This document shows positions 1-11,233 of a stretch of 64,000 nucleotides of DNA, piece after piece (the first letter of the stretch is position 1; the number at the start of each line of letters is the position of its first letter). Below the pieces are notes generated by a model. It did not search any database. It was not told where the DNA came from and saw nothing but the letters and a program-made list of their open reading frames with translations. Source of the DNA: Takakia lepidozioides (lineage: Eukaryota > Plantae > Bryophyta); NCBI GenBank assembly GCA_030704615.1, contig CM060732.1, forward strand, positions 35,278,001 through 35,342,000, written 5' to 3'. The position numbers and the translations under genes are program-made.

Positions 1-1031
1 TCTGCAACTTCGCTCTCCACTTCCAAGCAGACCTTCCGGTCAGCACTCATGTATACTCCGGACTTCGGTTTTTTTGCAACGCCTTTTTGGGGGGAAATTG
101 TTTTTAGCCTCGGGTCTGCCACGCCATCTGGTATGCACTTCTTCCCACCTCTATTTGGTGAAGCAGGTTCCTCCAACTTCTTTTCCAATGCAACAGCCGT
201 CTCCTTCATACCCTCCCGGAGCTGGCTAGCTCGGCTTCGCAACAAGATTTTGTCCTGGGGTTTATTAACACTCTGTGGTCCCATTCTAGACGCTTCCTGC
301 ACTCCGTGGGTCGAACTGGCCCCTACGGTGGGGGTTATCACTACTGGTACACCCTTTGTGCTTGACCCCAAGTTGAGCACCTGCGATGGACCACGAACTA
401 AGACCTCAAACGCCATAACCTTCACACGAATATCATACCACAAAACATCAGCAATGACCACCCAAATGCACTGGAAAAAAAAAATGTACTGCAAAAATGC
501 AATGGAATCAGACCTTTGTGGGCGCTGTGGGTGTCTGCAATTGCGCCACTCCTGTGGTAGGTACATCTTCGACTACAGTGACTGAATCCAGAGAATGAGA
601 AGGGACAGAAACATGTGCATGGGTTTCGATAAGGTATGATGAATGGTCTGTTGTCGGGTCGAACATGCGGAGCACCCTATCAACGGATTGGTCTATTGCC
701 AGTATTGGGTCTACAGACGAGTCGGGGTCCACAAAAGTAAGCGGCAAAACGGCCAAAGATGCATCATCATCTGATGTAGACCCTGCCTCTAACAGATGGG
801 GAAGGTCACCGACCAAACTGTCACAGTCATAGTCCATAGTTGCAATTGCAGAATTGGTCTGTACTATGGATAAATGAGCAGTGACACTTTCTCGATTATG
901 TTCAGGCTGTGCTATGTCAGAAGGTCTGGTGGCAAGGGTAAGGTCCACTACCATTCTCTGCTTCTCAGCAGATGTTGCAATGGGGGGGAAAGGAATTGCT
1001 CCTCTCATTTTCGGCAACTCGTAAGTACCAG

Positions 1032-1450
1032 CACTACAACAGATGAGCGTTTTTATGACTACACATATGACTATTTTTTCAGTCCTATATGCGTTCATGA
1101 CTACATCACTCTGCAGTGAAAAAAACCCTGTCATAGCGACTAGTCTTTAGGAGTGCGTTTTGCAAGTCATGGCCGTGACTGCGTGCGTGGTACCTGGAGT
1201 CATGCTGCAGAGAGCGATGTAGTCACAACTATATGATTTATATATGATTAACTATATGACTACATGTCTACAAAGTATATGACTCCATGGGAGAGGCGTC
1301 AGAGGGACACATGTAGCACTCCAAATGTGACACGTGTCCACATGGATAACATATATGACCTACATGTGGGAAAAAATATCGTATCATATAATGTCACGAT
1401 GCCATGATGTAGTCATGAGTATATAACTTCATGACTAAAGAAGTTTTTTA
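1032..1450. mobile_element. CACTA/EnSpm-like element end (remnant) with GACTAC/GTAGTC subterminal repeats
   Basis: Begins CACTACAACAGATGAGCGTTTTTATGACTAC, nearly the same as the start at 16945. Many GACTAC/ATGACT motifs follow. No clear matching right TIR. Confidence 0.5.
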
Positions 1451-2008
1451 GTAATATTTTAATTTAATAAATTAAATCATACAATTATAATATTTAGATT
1501 ATTAATTGATTTAAATTCTCATTAGGTTTCTAGGAAAATAGAATGGAAGCCATTGTTGTCTTTATTTTTATTTTATTTTTTTTGTTAACAAAGAGGGACA
1601 GTGGGGGGACAGTGGCCTCCAAAACTTTATAGGTAATGGACATAAAATATCCTTGGATACAAAGAGGAAAAAATAACCTCTGGATAGAGTGCCATAGAGG
1701 CTGAAAGAGGAAGACACAGCTTCGTGTACCGAGACAAGAAAGAGTAGTAAAAGGAAAGCAAGTAAAGAAGGAGGTCTGCATAGAGCTAAAGAATCTAGCA
1801 AGAAAAGAGACTGCAGCCAGAAACTACTGCCATAACTTGGAAACAGAAAGGCACCGAGCTAAGGAGAAGAACTGAAAATCAGCTAACACTGTCATAAGAA
1901 AGCTGGGCCGTAGCCTTTCACTTCCTAAAAGATCTACAGATGGAGAGACATCCCTGCAGGGGTCGTGCTCTTCACCTCAAACCAACCAATTGATCATCTA
2001 CCCATGCA

Positions 2009-2250
2009 GGTTTCTTGTAGCTATCCTTCCACAGGGAATCATAGATAATTTGGAGATTGAAATCCGGCCCTCTTGGATGAATCTGAACCTACACTCTATC
2101 CCTGCTCCTTCAGCTATCCTTGCCTCTACACAAATCATGCATACATCATTGTCTTGCTGCTAACAGCTGACAATGACAACATATAAGTATTCCAGCAAAC
2201 ACCCCAACCCTACTTATCACACTAGTTCCTATGCTGACTTGCATCTGCTT
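2009..2250 (+). repeat. Dispersed repeat, copy 1 (paralog at 15520-15745)
   Basis: Colinear match to 15520-15745, sharing TTTCTTGTAGCTAT, CCACAGGGAATCA, TGAAATCCGGCCCTCTTGGATGAA and CAAATCATG. Confidence 0.75.
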
Positions 2251-2261
2251 CCAACAAGAAT

Positions 2262-2810
2262 TCACCTTTTTGCCTGGATTGTTCCACCATTGACTGGGGT
2301 CGGAAACATATTCATTCCAGAGCTTCTCCTCGTCTCTGTTAACCATTTTTCGATACTTTCCTGTCTCCAAAACCTCCATCCCACGCCCTTGTTGTGCACA
2401 TCCTGCAAGCATCGCGTTCCACGACACCACATCTTGTTTAGCCATAGTGTTGAAGGCTCTCTCCGCATCCTCAATGCTCCCACATTTGGCATACATGTCC
2501 ACGAGGTATTGTTCAAAATCACACATGGTACAATTCCAGCTTTGGTGATGCAACCATGCACCTCTTTTCCCTTTTCCCGGGCTGCCAGGCTTGCACACGC
2601 ACTGCAAACACACACTAAAATGATGTGGTCGAGCTTCACCCCTTTCCCCATCATTTGCTCATAGGTATCCAAAGCCTCCATCCTGCCGTGCATACCCTAC
2701 AAGCATCGCCCTCCACGACACCACATCTCGTTTAGCCATAGTGTTGAACACTCCCTTGACATTGGCATATATGTCCAGAACTAAGGGATGTTCATAATGA
2801 CATCTGGTTA
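2262..2810 (-). pseudogene. PPR protein pseudogene fragment fused to an OSB PDF-motif fragment
   Basis: Frameshifted PPR motifs (EALDTYEQMMGKGVKLD..CSACASLAAREKGKEVH; LVDMYAKCGSIEDAERAFNTMAKQDVVSWNAMLAGCAQQGRGMEVL) run directly into DEEKLWNEYVSDPSQWWNNPGKK. Confidence 0.8.
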
Positions 2811-3419
2811 TAAAATTCTAGGGCTGCCAGCCTTCATACACAGGCTGATCATGCTGACCCTCCCAAGTCCCTTGTAAACGACCAAGAGGTCCATGCCCCA
2901 ATGGTGACATCATCACATTTTAAGCTAGAATTGCTCCAAGAGTCATATTGAACAATATTCTATTTGTTCCCCCGCCTCCTTACCCCCTGCCTTCCCCATC
3001 CTGCAACTGAAAGAGGCTCTACAGACTTCAACCAGCTAGGCATAATTTCAGCATATTCAGGGCCTAAGTCCCCTGTCTCAAGCGTAAGAGCATCAAGCTG
3101 AAAGGCCTGCAAACTGAAAATCAGGTGCATATGCTCACATTATATTAAGTGGATTGAAGGCATTAAATGCTTTTCTACACAACACCCTTGTCAACATGTA
3201 TGTTAAGTGTGGTAGCTCGTGGATGCACTTGGAGTTTCCCACCCCGAGTTTAAATTTCAGTCTAGTGACGAGGGCATGTAGGCCATTGAGATAGTCCTTA
3301 AGGTCCTTGCCCATGTCACATATTCAAAACAAGTTTAGGGAGGTTTAATGCCTAATTGTATTTCCACTGGACAGTGTGAGGGCATTAGAGGAGAGAGAGA
3401 GAGAGAGAGAGAGACTCAC

Positions 3420-3875
3420 CGGGGAAGGTGGTCATCATGGTACTCCAAGACACCACATCTTGTTCAGCCATGTTGTTGAACACTCCCTTTGCATCCTTGC
3501 TACACCTACATTTGGCATACATATTGTCCACCAGGGGAGTGTTCAAAATGACATCTGGTACATTTGCAGCTTTGACGATGCAACCATGGACCTTTTGCCC
3601 TTTTCCAGGGCTGCTAGGCTTGCACACGCATTGCAAACACACACACACACGTTATGTGGTCGGGTTTCAATACCCCTTCCCTCATAATTTGCTCATAGGT
3701 CTCCAAAGCCTCCATCCCACGCCCCTGCTGTGCATACCCTGCAAACATCGCACTCCATGACACCACATCTCATTTAGCCATAGTCCCTTTGCATCCTCGA
3801 TGCACCCACATTTGACATACATGTCCACCAAGGCAGGGGCAGTGTTCAAAATGACATCTGGTAATTTGACAGACA
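3420..3875 (-). pseudogene. PPR protein pseudogene fragment
   Basis: Frameshifted PPR motifs (ALVDMYVKCGCIEDAK; MYAKCRCSKDAKGVFNNMAEQDVVSWSTMM), paralogous to 2370-2810. A (GA)n tract lies at 3390-3415. Confidence 0.8.
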
Positions 3876-3877
3876 TT

Positions 3878-4039
3878 CACATTTTTGCCTCGGTTGTCCC
3901 ACCATTGACTGGGGTCAGAAAAGTATTCATTCCACAACTTCTCCTCATCTCTGTTACCTCTTTTGGATACTTTCCTGTTGTCACATTGGCAGTATCATGT
4001 CAAAGTCACTCCAAACTATCCCAGGTTCACTCAACCAAC
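3878..4039 (-). pseudogene. OSB-like (PDF motif) pseudogene fragment interrupted by the MULE; continues at 15400-15490
   Basis: Minus strand reads GKYPKEVT/RDEEKLWNEYFSDPSQWWDNRGK, like the plant OSB PDF motif, and is colinear with 18420-18645. Confidence 0.6.
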
Positions 4040-4259
4040 CAGGGATGCCTCGGCGTGAGCCTGGTCACGTGAGCACGTGAGCGCGTGAGCGCGACTGCGC
4101 TCACGCCACGTCACCTTGCGCAAATGCCACATCACGGGTCTCAGTCCACGTCATCACACGTGGAGGCCGAGTCACCACGCACCCAGAAAGAAGTGGAGTG
4201 TATTCCCGCGGATTGGCACCCTTTACCGCGGAAACAAGCTGGACGACATAATAAAAGGC

Positions 4260-4620
4260 ATTGAATAAATGATGGATGAATGTACAGTTGGATGATAAAC
4301 AGATGGATGAGTTTGAAAAATCTATGTAGATGGATGAATGACGGATGGATAAGAGTAAAATGGATGAATGTATAATGGATGTTGAGCAATGACAAAAATT
4401 CATGACAGGAAGATGCATGACCAAATCTTTTGACGAATGCACAAAGTATATGAAATGAGTGTGGAAGGTTTGTGGGGTGGATTAAAGAGTACAGAGGATG
4501 AATGTACAATGGATGTTGTACAAAGGAAGCTTTCATGAATGGAGCACGCATGAATACAGTGTAGATGAATGCACAATGGATATGAGAAGAGTCAGGAAGG
4601 TTTGTGAGATGGATTCATAC
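4260..4620. repeat. Subterminal degenerate ATGGATGA(ATG) motif array
   Basis: Repeated ATGGATG/GGATGAATG variants between the left TIR and the stop of the cargo gene. Confidence 0.65.
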
Positions 4621-4742
4621 ATATAGCAATTTAAACGAAAGTTGATTCTGTGATTATTATTTGTTCTAAAGGAACAACTACGGTAGAGTAAGGGGATTCA
4701 ACGTTTCCAGATAATATGAAAATGAATATTAAAAGAATACGT

Positions 4743-7700
4743 TCAGTCTGACTCAGAGTCAGTACAATGTATCCCCTCTTCCTCTGCATCTAAGTCTAAG
4801 TATTTTAGAACACCGGATCCACGCTGGATACACCTACGGCTGGCCACTAAAAAGTCAGGGGATAGGGACTCGGACGCGTGAAGTGCCATTGCTTCGGCAT
4901 AAACAGGGAGCAGAAAATTGGAAAGGGGGCTGTCGAAAACAGACTCGCCAGAAATGACTGTATCTCCTGAAGATCCACCGCTGGCTTTCCTGAAAGACAG
5001 CCTGAAAAAGTTATTACTGTAACTTTGATGTTATCGAGAAATTGAGTATGACTCCCAAAGAGGGTTTAGCACTTACTCACATGAAAAGTCGTTGTCGACC
5101 TGCTTATCTTCGGGATCGTCATCATTTCGAATATGAATACGATCAGTCTGTGTGCCTGAAGTGGAGCCAGACAAAAGGGGGAGGAGCACTGTGTTGTAGA
5201 GGTCAGAATCACCCTCCATACCAAAAAGGCTTCTTCCGCCTGCCTTGCATGCGTGGTAAGTTGCTCCTGCACCAGACAGGAGAACATAAGCAGTTTGGAG
5301 GAGGGGATTTAAGCAGATGAAACTGTTGAAAGGAAACCAATTCGGAAGGGAGAAAACGAACCTGTGGACACAGAAAGATCGACCACCCGTGCAGAGCGGT
5401 GGCTGCATGACTCCAGCAGTATTTGCATGAATGCTGGTGACTTTTCCTTTGCACCTCTCCAGGGAGTGCCATCTGGTCTCTTCAGAGTCTGACTGGACTG
5501 CATGAAGTTGTACAAAATGTCATCGACATGGGGCTCATAGGGGGGGTTGACGAAACAACCCTGGTCAGAAATCTCAAAGCTGCGGATGGAGGATGGTGTC
5601 TTTGATGTGCGAATCCTCCGCAGGCAGATCGCCTCGAACATCCTCGTCTGCCAAAGATAGCAGGTTAGTGTGGTAAACACAATCTAAAGTGGAAGTGTGT
5701 ACATCGGCTATTCAGAACTCTGACACCAAAAAACCATGAATCGTTGATGATCGGTGTCGATCATAAAACATTCTACTAGAGTGGAGCTGCAGAGAAAATT
5801 GAAACTCATGATCAAAGCATAAGCAGAAGGCAGACGGCATACCAGCTGACCAGGGAAACCCCCTTTCACAAGGTAGAGGCTGTTCACACAATTCCATGTG
5901 CGCAAAACTTCAAACCCTGAAGACTTGAGGTATGATGCCAATGCCCGACGACTATCATTGTCACATGACTGAAAAAGCAGAAGTGTCCCTGCATCAGAGA
6001 GGAAATTGTTACAGAACCCGAATACCCAACTCCAGTAGTTGTCCTCGAATTTGTTCCACCCTGGCGTCTTGCCCTTTGGAAGAACTTCTGGCACAGCCTG
6101 GCCATCCGGGATGTCGAGAATGACAATGTCGGCCGCATAAGTTTTCTGCACACCGCACACGAAGGTGGGACCTGTGCTCACCTGCAACAGACATGTTTTT
6201 TATAAGAACGATGGCAAGAATGTTTTCAAAGAACGAGACTGAAATACTGCCAACGAAACATTCAGAGAAAAAGGAAAGAAAGTGGAATTCTCACCAGATT
6301 GAGGAATGAGATTATATTGTCCCAGGTAGGGGATGGCACCCCAGTGTATCCTCTCTTTCGACTCTGCATCATCGAAAGCCAACCCTCATTAACAATTTTC
6401 ATCTCTCCTGCTGAATCAGAACGGGAAGGGTGTGGCTTGGCATCGAACACGCACTGAAGAGTGCGGGTATATCTTCCAGCACTAAAGTCCTGCCCACTCT
6501 CCATCTCCTTTTCATTCTCCTTCCCCTTGTCCTTTTCCTTCTCTTTGGACTTGTCTTTGTCCTTTGGCTTTGCTGGTGAGATGGCTATGACATCAACAGC
6601 CTTGTCTTTTGGTTTGCGGCCCGCCTTCTTTCCCTTCTGCGGCGTTCCCTGAGCATCAGGCTCCTTGGCAGCCAAGGTTGCTATGTTTCGTTGATACTCT
6701 TCGTCAGTCAAAGGCGCCAGCATCTCAGCGTTATTGTTCAAGTATTTCATATGCTGTTCTTGAAAGGTCGTGTGCTCAGGTGGGCAGTCAAGGTACCACC
6801 CACAGTCTCTGAAGTGAGAAGGACTCCAGTCCTTCAATATCCCTGCAGTATACATGGTTGGATCGTTTGCAGGGTCCGACCACATGTCAAGATAGTCGGG
6901 AATTCCGCTCAGGTGATTTCCTTCCATAAGCACATATTTCGTGTACCTGAAAAAAGGAGATGAATCCCAACCCACAAAAGCGCTCAGTGAGTAAGATGCA
7001 AGTAGAACAGAAAGAATAAAACATGGATTGAAATGGCTCTGACAACTGCTCCAAGGACCTTTCAGGACCACACTACTGCTCCAGATATGAATGTCGTCAA
7101 CGCCATTCAGAACATTCCATTCCATGACACTGTAAATACATCCTAATCCAGGTGAATGCAAATATGCGATTAGAAATGACACAGACATAGAAGTGAATGT
7201 CGTCAACGACATTCAAGAATGAAGCCAAATTATTACTGAAATGAAGCAAAATCACAGGATGGAAATAAAAAAATTGAGTAAGGAACCATCCAGGAAAACT
7301 CAATGCACATTCATAACGAACCTATCACTGAGGACCTCACAACATCACTGTATGTGAATGGCGTCAACGCCATTCACAAAAATACAAAAAAGAAACCAAT
7401 TACTTAGCTCCCCAATCCATGAAAATTGAATTTGTCGTTTTTTAATAATACAGACACAGCTGTGAATGTCGTCAACGACATTCACTTTGGATTTCTTAAA
7501 ACAGAGCTTATGAAGCCTCCATATTCATCGCAAGAGGAAAAAACAATGCAGAACAACTGAATGTCTGCATTGACATTCAGCAAAATGAAGTGATCAACCC
7601 TCATTGTATCCTCTATGGACATTACAAAAATTTAAATAACCTTGAGGACCACACAACAACTCCGTATGTGAATGTCGTCAACGCCATTCAAGGACATTAT

Positions 7701-10378
7701 CAATTCTAATCAGGGACAATATAATTGCACCCTTAGATCCTAACCAGGTGAATTCATATACTCGCTTAAGAATGACTCAGACAAAGAAGTGAATGTCGTC
7801 AACGACATTCAATCTGGATCTAAGATTGCAATCCATATGAAGCCACAATTTTTCCCAAAAAAACAGTAGAGTTTCAAGTATGACATTTCACCTGTACACA
7901 ACTCGCATCATGGCCCACTCTCCTCCAACCTGACTGTCAAAGTCGTTGGACCGTAAAATGTTACCATCTTTGGAGAACTCCCGGAAAAAACAGTATCTCC
8001 AGGTGAGACCTCTCCACTTCCTTATGTATGCCTCCAATGACATTTGGGGAGGGGAAACAATCGCAATGTTCAGGTCCTTCAAAGTCTGATCCAGCACAAT
8101 GACGGCGCGCTTTTCGAGCTGCAAATAGAATATTTGTCAGAATTGCAAAAAAGAAACACATCACATACTTGAAGATAAGAAACAGCATGTTCGAATACAC
8201 ACCTGACTCCAAAATGTAGCCTTGTGGAGCCAGTTATCAAACACCAAATCACTGATTCCTTCCACCTTTGTGCCAGGCTGTATGGTGCTCTTTGGGAACT
8301 GATTCAAGTCCTTTACTGTTTGATCTGAGTTCCATATCTCCAGCCACCTTATTTTTGTTTGTGGGTCGACCATCGATATGGCCAGCCGGTGCAATTTCTC
8401 CTGCTGCATCTCCGGATGCACATGCTTGTCATAGTGTGTTTTGATCTGCTGAAGGAACTCAGGACCAAGTCCAGGATCTACTATTCTAAGCTGCTTTCCG
8501 AAGGCTGACATCAATTTGGTTCTTCGCATCTCAAACTCCTTCTTTATTGCAGCTTCCACACCCTTTGATGTCCTTAGTTCCTCTGGTGTAGTGCGGTAAT
8601 ATTCGGATTTTCCCTTCTCAGCTGCCTCTGCCAGTTCTTGCTGCATTCATTCAAGTAGTGATTAGCTCCGAAGGGACTCTAAACATGTATTCGAAAAGTA
8701 AACAGAGTACAGACTCGGGCTTACCGCATACATGTACTCCAGAAACGCCTCTCGTGTCAAAGAATACCAAGTGCCTGCAGCTCTTCCTGTTTCGCACTTC
8801 TTGATGATATTGGGTGGTAGTACTGTCCGAAAATCATCCAGCTTCATCAGACCAATCCTCTGAATTCGGAATAGTGTGTGAACCAAGCTTGTTGTCACAT
8901 GCGATTTCTCTGTCGATCTGCAAAAACATTGAAAACATTGCATTCCTTAACACTGTTTTTTGAGGATCAACAAGACACTACAGAGGGAATCAAATCTCCT
9001 GGATGACTTACTTGTTCACGTCGTGCATAGCTGTAAGAAGCCTAGCGATGTCGTTTCCTGGATCCAAAACCATTGCCTCCACAGCAACATGCTTGTCTTT
9101 GTCTTTCGAATGGTGTTTCTGAATGTATCCCATCCATGCCAGCAATCGGTGGTTGCCGTCCCAGACGTAGAACATGTGGTTGCAAAATTGCTGGGTGTTC
9201 TTTCCCATCATGAGGCCCAGCTCGAACTCCTCATTGGCATCTTTCCAGCACTCATCCCAGTTATCACTGATCTCTGGAGAAACTAATGTGCTTTTCCCAT
9301 TTATATCCGTCAGTGACACATAAAAAACTTGTGCACCAAGTCTATATCCATGCACAAAATCACTCTCCAATTTTGTTATGTCATGGGAAAGAGGTGGACG
9401 CACAACAGGCATTGATATCATCCGGCACAGAGGTATGTCCAGACGCCCTCCAGATACGAGCATGTCCCTTATAACCTCCTGAGAGTTTACCTTCTGGAAT
9501 GACATGAGTTCTTTCACCTTGTCAAGGTAGTGCACTTCGGATTCATCTGCTTCATCTGTATTCTCTGAGCTTTTTGCGGACTCGTCCCCATCTCCAGATC
9601 CTTTCCCCTCTGATCCTGTAGGCTTCGACCTCACAGTTTTCTGCACGATGCCATTCAGTTCTGACTAAGTCATTTGCAAATAGTGAATGGCGGTAACGAC
9701 CATCACTCTGTATCAAGGAAACTCACCATGAATGGTGTGAAAGAATTCAGCACAATCTACACAAGAAAGCCGAGACTGCCGTATTCAAAACAAAGCGAGA
9801 GCGATAGCGAACGGCGTTAACGACAATCACAAAAGATAACGACCTGCCGGATCGGTGTTGTGTAATGACATACATGTGCAACTGATTGGCGGCAACGACA
9901 TTCAGTGTAGTTTAGGGCGGATAGTAAGTGCAGACTCTCTCTTCAAACACATAGGTACATAAATCTCATGAGCAGAATCGAATGGCGTTAACGACGCTCG
10001 CGATTCAGTAGTTCCTGCTAAAGAATGGAAGAGGAAGGACTCCTTGAAAGGCAATCACATAGACTATATGATAAAACTTACTGGCACCTTCTTAGGTTTT
10101 GAACTTTGATCCCCTTCTGCAGCTTTCCTCTTCCCTCTCACATCTGCTGGAGTTTCTGTCTGCGCAAGGGTTTCTTGACCTTCTTCAGGTTCGGCGTTCC
10201 GCGTGCTTCCACCTTCTTCAGTGTCCCTGCGATTCATCTCTGCCTCCACAGGCTGGCGCACTCTTATCGCCGGCTGTGTCGCAGCCGCTGCCTCAGTCTC
10301 CGTCTGCTCTTGTGAATCAGTCTCCGCGTTCACCTGCTGCCTTGGCCCTGTGTTCTCCAACAAACGACGCCTCGTCAT
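4743..10378 (-). CDS. Transposon-borne ParB/Srx-like domain + beta-class N4-cytosine/N6-adenine DNA methyltransferase-fold protein (~1165 aa, 10 exons)
   Basis: Exons 10378-10082, 9640-9012, 8917-8725, 8640-8203, 8118-7892, 6946-6295, 6181-5843, 5647-5362, 5266-5077, 4989-4743. All introns are GT-AG, phases match and there is no internal stop (3498 nt). ParB-like part: LDIPLCRMISMPVVRPPLSHDITKLESDFVHG...FYVWDGNHRLLAW. MTase part in beta order: ADIVILDIPDG (motif IV position)...FLSDAGTLLLF...WRGAKEKSPAFMQILLESCSHRSARVVDLSVSTGATYHACKAGGRSLFGMEGDSDLY (motifs X-I-II). Confidence 0.85.
7088..7811. repeat. Array of seven 22-bp palindromes TGAATGKCGTCAACGMCATTCA in intron 5 of the ParB-MTase gene
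   Basis: Copies start at 7088, 7194, 7355, 7463, 7558 (degenerate centre), 7669 and 7790. Start-to-start spacing is 95-161 bp and the spacers have diverged. Confidence 0.92.
9684..10000. repeat. Degenerate copies of the same 22-bp palindrome in intron 1 of the ParB-MTase gene
   Basis: 9684 TGAATGGCGGTAACGACCATCA; 9808 CGAACGGCGTTAACGACAATCA; 9883 TGATTGGCGGCAACGACATTCA; 9979 CGAATGGCGTTAACGACGCTCG. Confidence 0.8.
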
Positions 10379-11233
10379 TTTCTCTCTTGCTCTGCGTCTC
10401 TCTCTAAGGGAAGTAAAATAAAGAGACTTTCTTCTCTTTCGTATTCTAGAAGGAACCCTCTCCAGCTTGACTACCACTCTCCCTCTAAGCGCGAAAAGTA
10501 GAAAAACGCAGTGACTCCCGATTTCTTGCGGGATTGCCTGTGTTCTTGCTTGTCTCTAGAAGCATCGGATTCCCTCCCGCGTGACCGTTACACATAGTCG
10601 TTTCGATATTAATGCACATGCCAGCAATTGGTGTACAGCTGTTCGTATTCAGTTATGGATGTCTGACGTGTGCCGCCCAAAACAAAACGGCGTGTTCTAA
10701 ATTATAACTGGTTCAATATTTAAAAAGAACAGCGAATCCCAGAAATTGATGCGCAGTCTTAAACAAATAAATATAAATGAACGAGAGTTTGATGACAAAT
10801 TTTGGAATATCATACACGGTCATCCTTGTTATCCAAACCCCACATTCGTTGCACATTTGGAACTTTCCAGGTGCGCATGATCATTGGTAGTAGTATATAG
10901 ATACATTTACTTAATCTGCAATCCCATTCTCGGATCCTGTGGCATGCTTCCAGGAAGTCGGCTTTGTTATTGGGTTTATTGATGAGGTTCTGATTAACGG
11001 TTTAACAGTTGCCGACACTGCCCCTATGGATTCTCTGACCACTGGGCCCACAAGAAAAGTAATTAAAATGGACGGCTGCATATCTGGAATGAATAACAGA
11101 ATATGCACAGTCGTTATCTGAGCTTCCTCCGCCATATGCTCTGCTCATTCTTCAACTGTGTTCTGGAGACAGCAGTAAACCGATTTACACTAGATCTGCG
11201 ATAGCAAGGTACAAACATACTCGAGGAAGGAAG

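Noticed and set aside
1-1020. ORFs 49-585 (+) and 508-1134 (-)
   Set aside because: No recognisable domain. Probably a truncated TE-derived remnant at the window edge that I cannot assign.
7088-7811. CRISPR array (palindromic repeats with spacers)
   Set aside because: Spacers are about 73-139 bp, irregular and partly homologous to each other. The array sits in a spliceosomal intron and no cas genes are present.
4743-10378. Bacterial contamination or prophage as the source of the ParB-MTase
   Set aside because: The gene has nine GT-AG introns and lies inside a TSD-bounded element inserted in plant pseudogene sequence.
10911-11135. Overlapping short ORFs between the two MULE genes as a third gene
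   Set aside because: Only 60-74 aa, with no motif or splice support. They lie in the presumed promoter/UTR.
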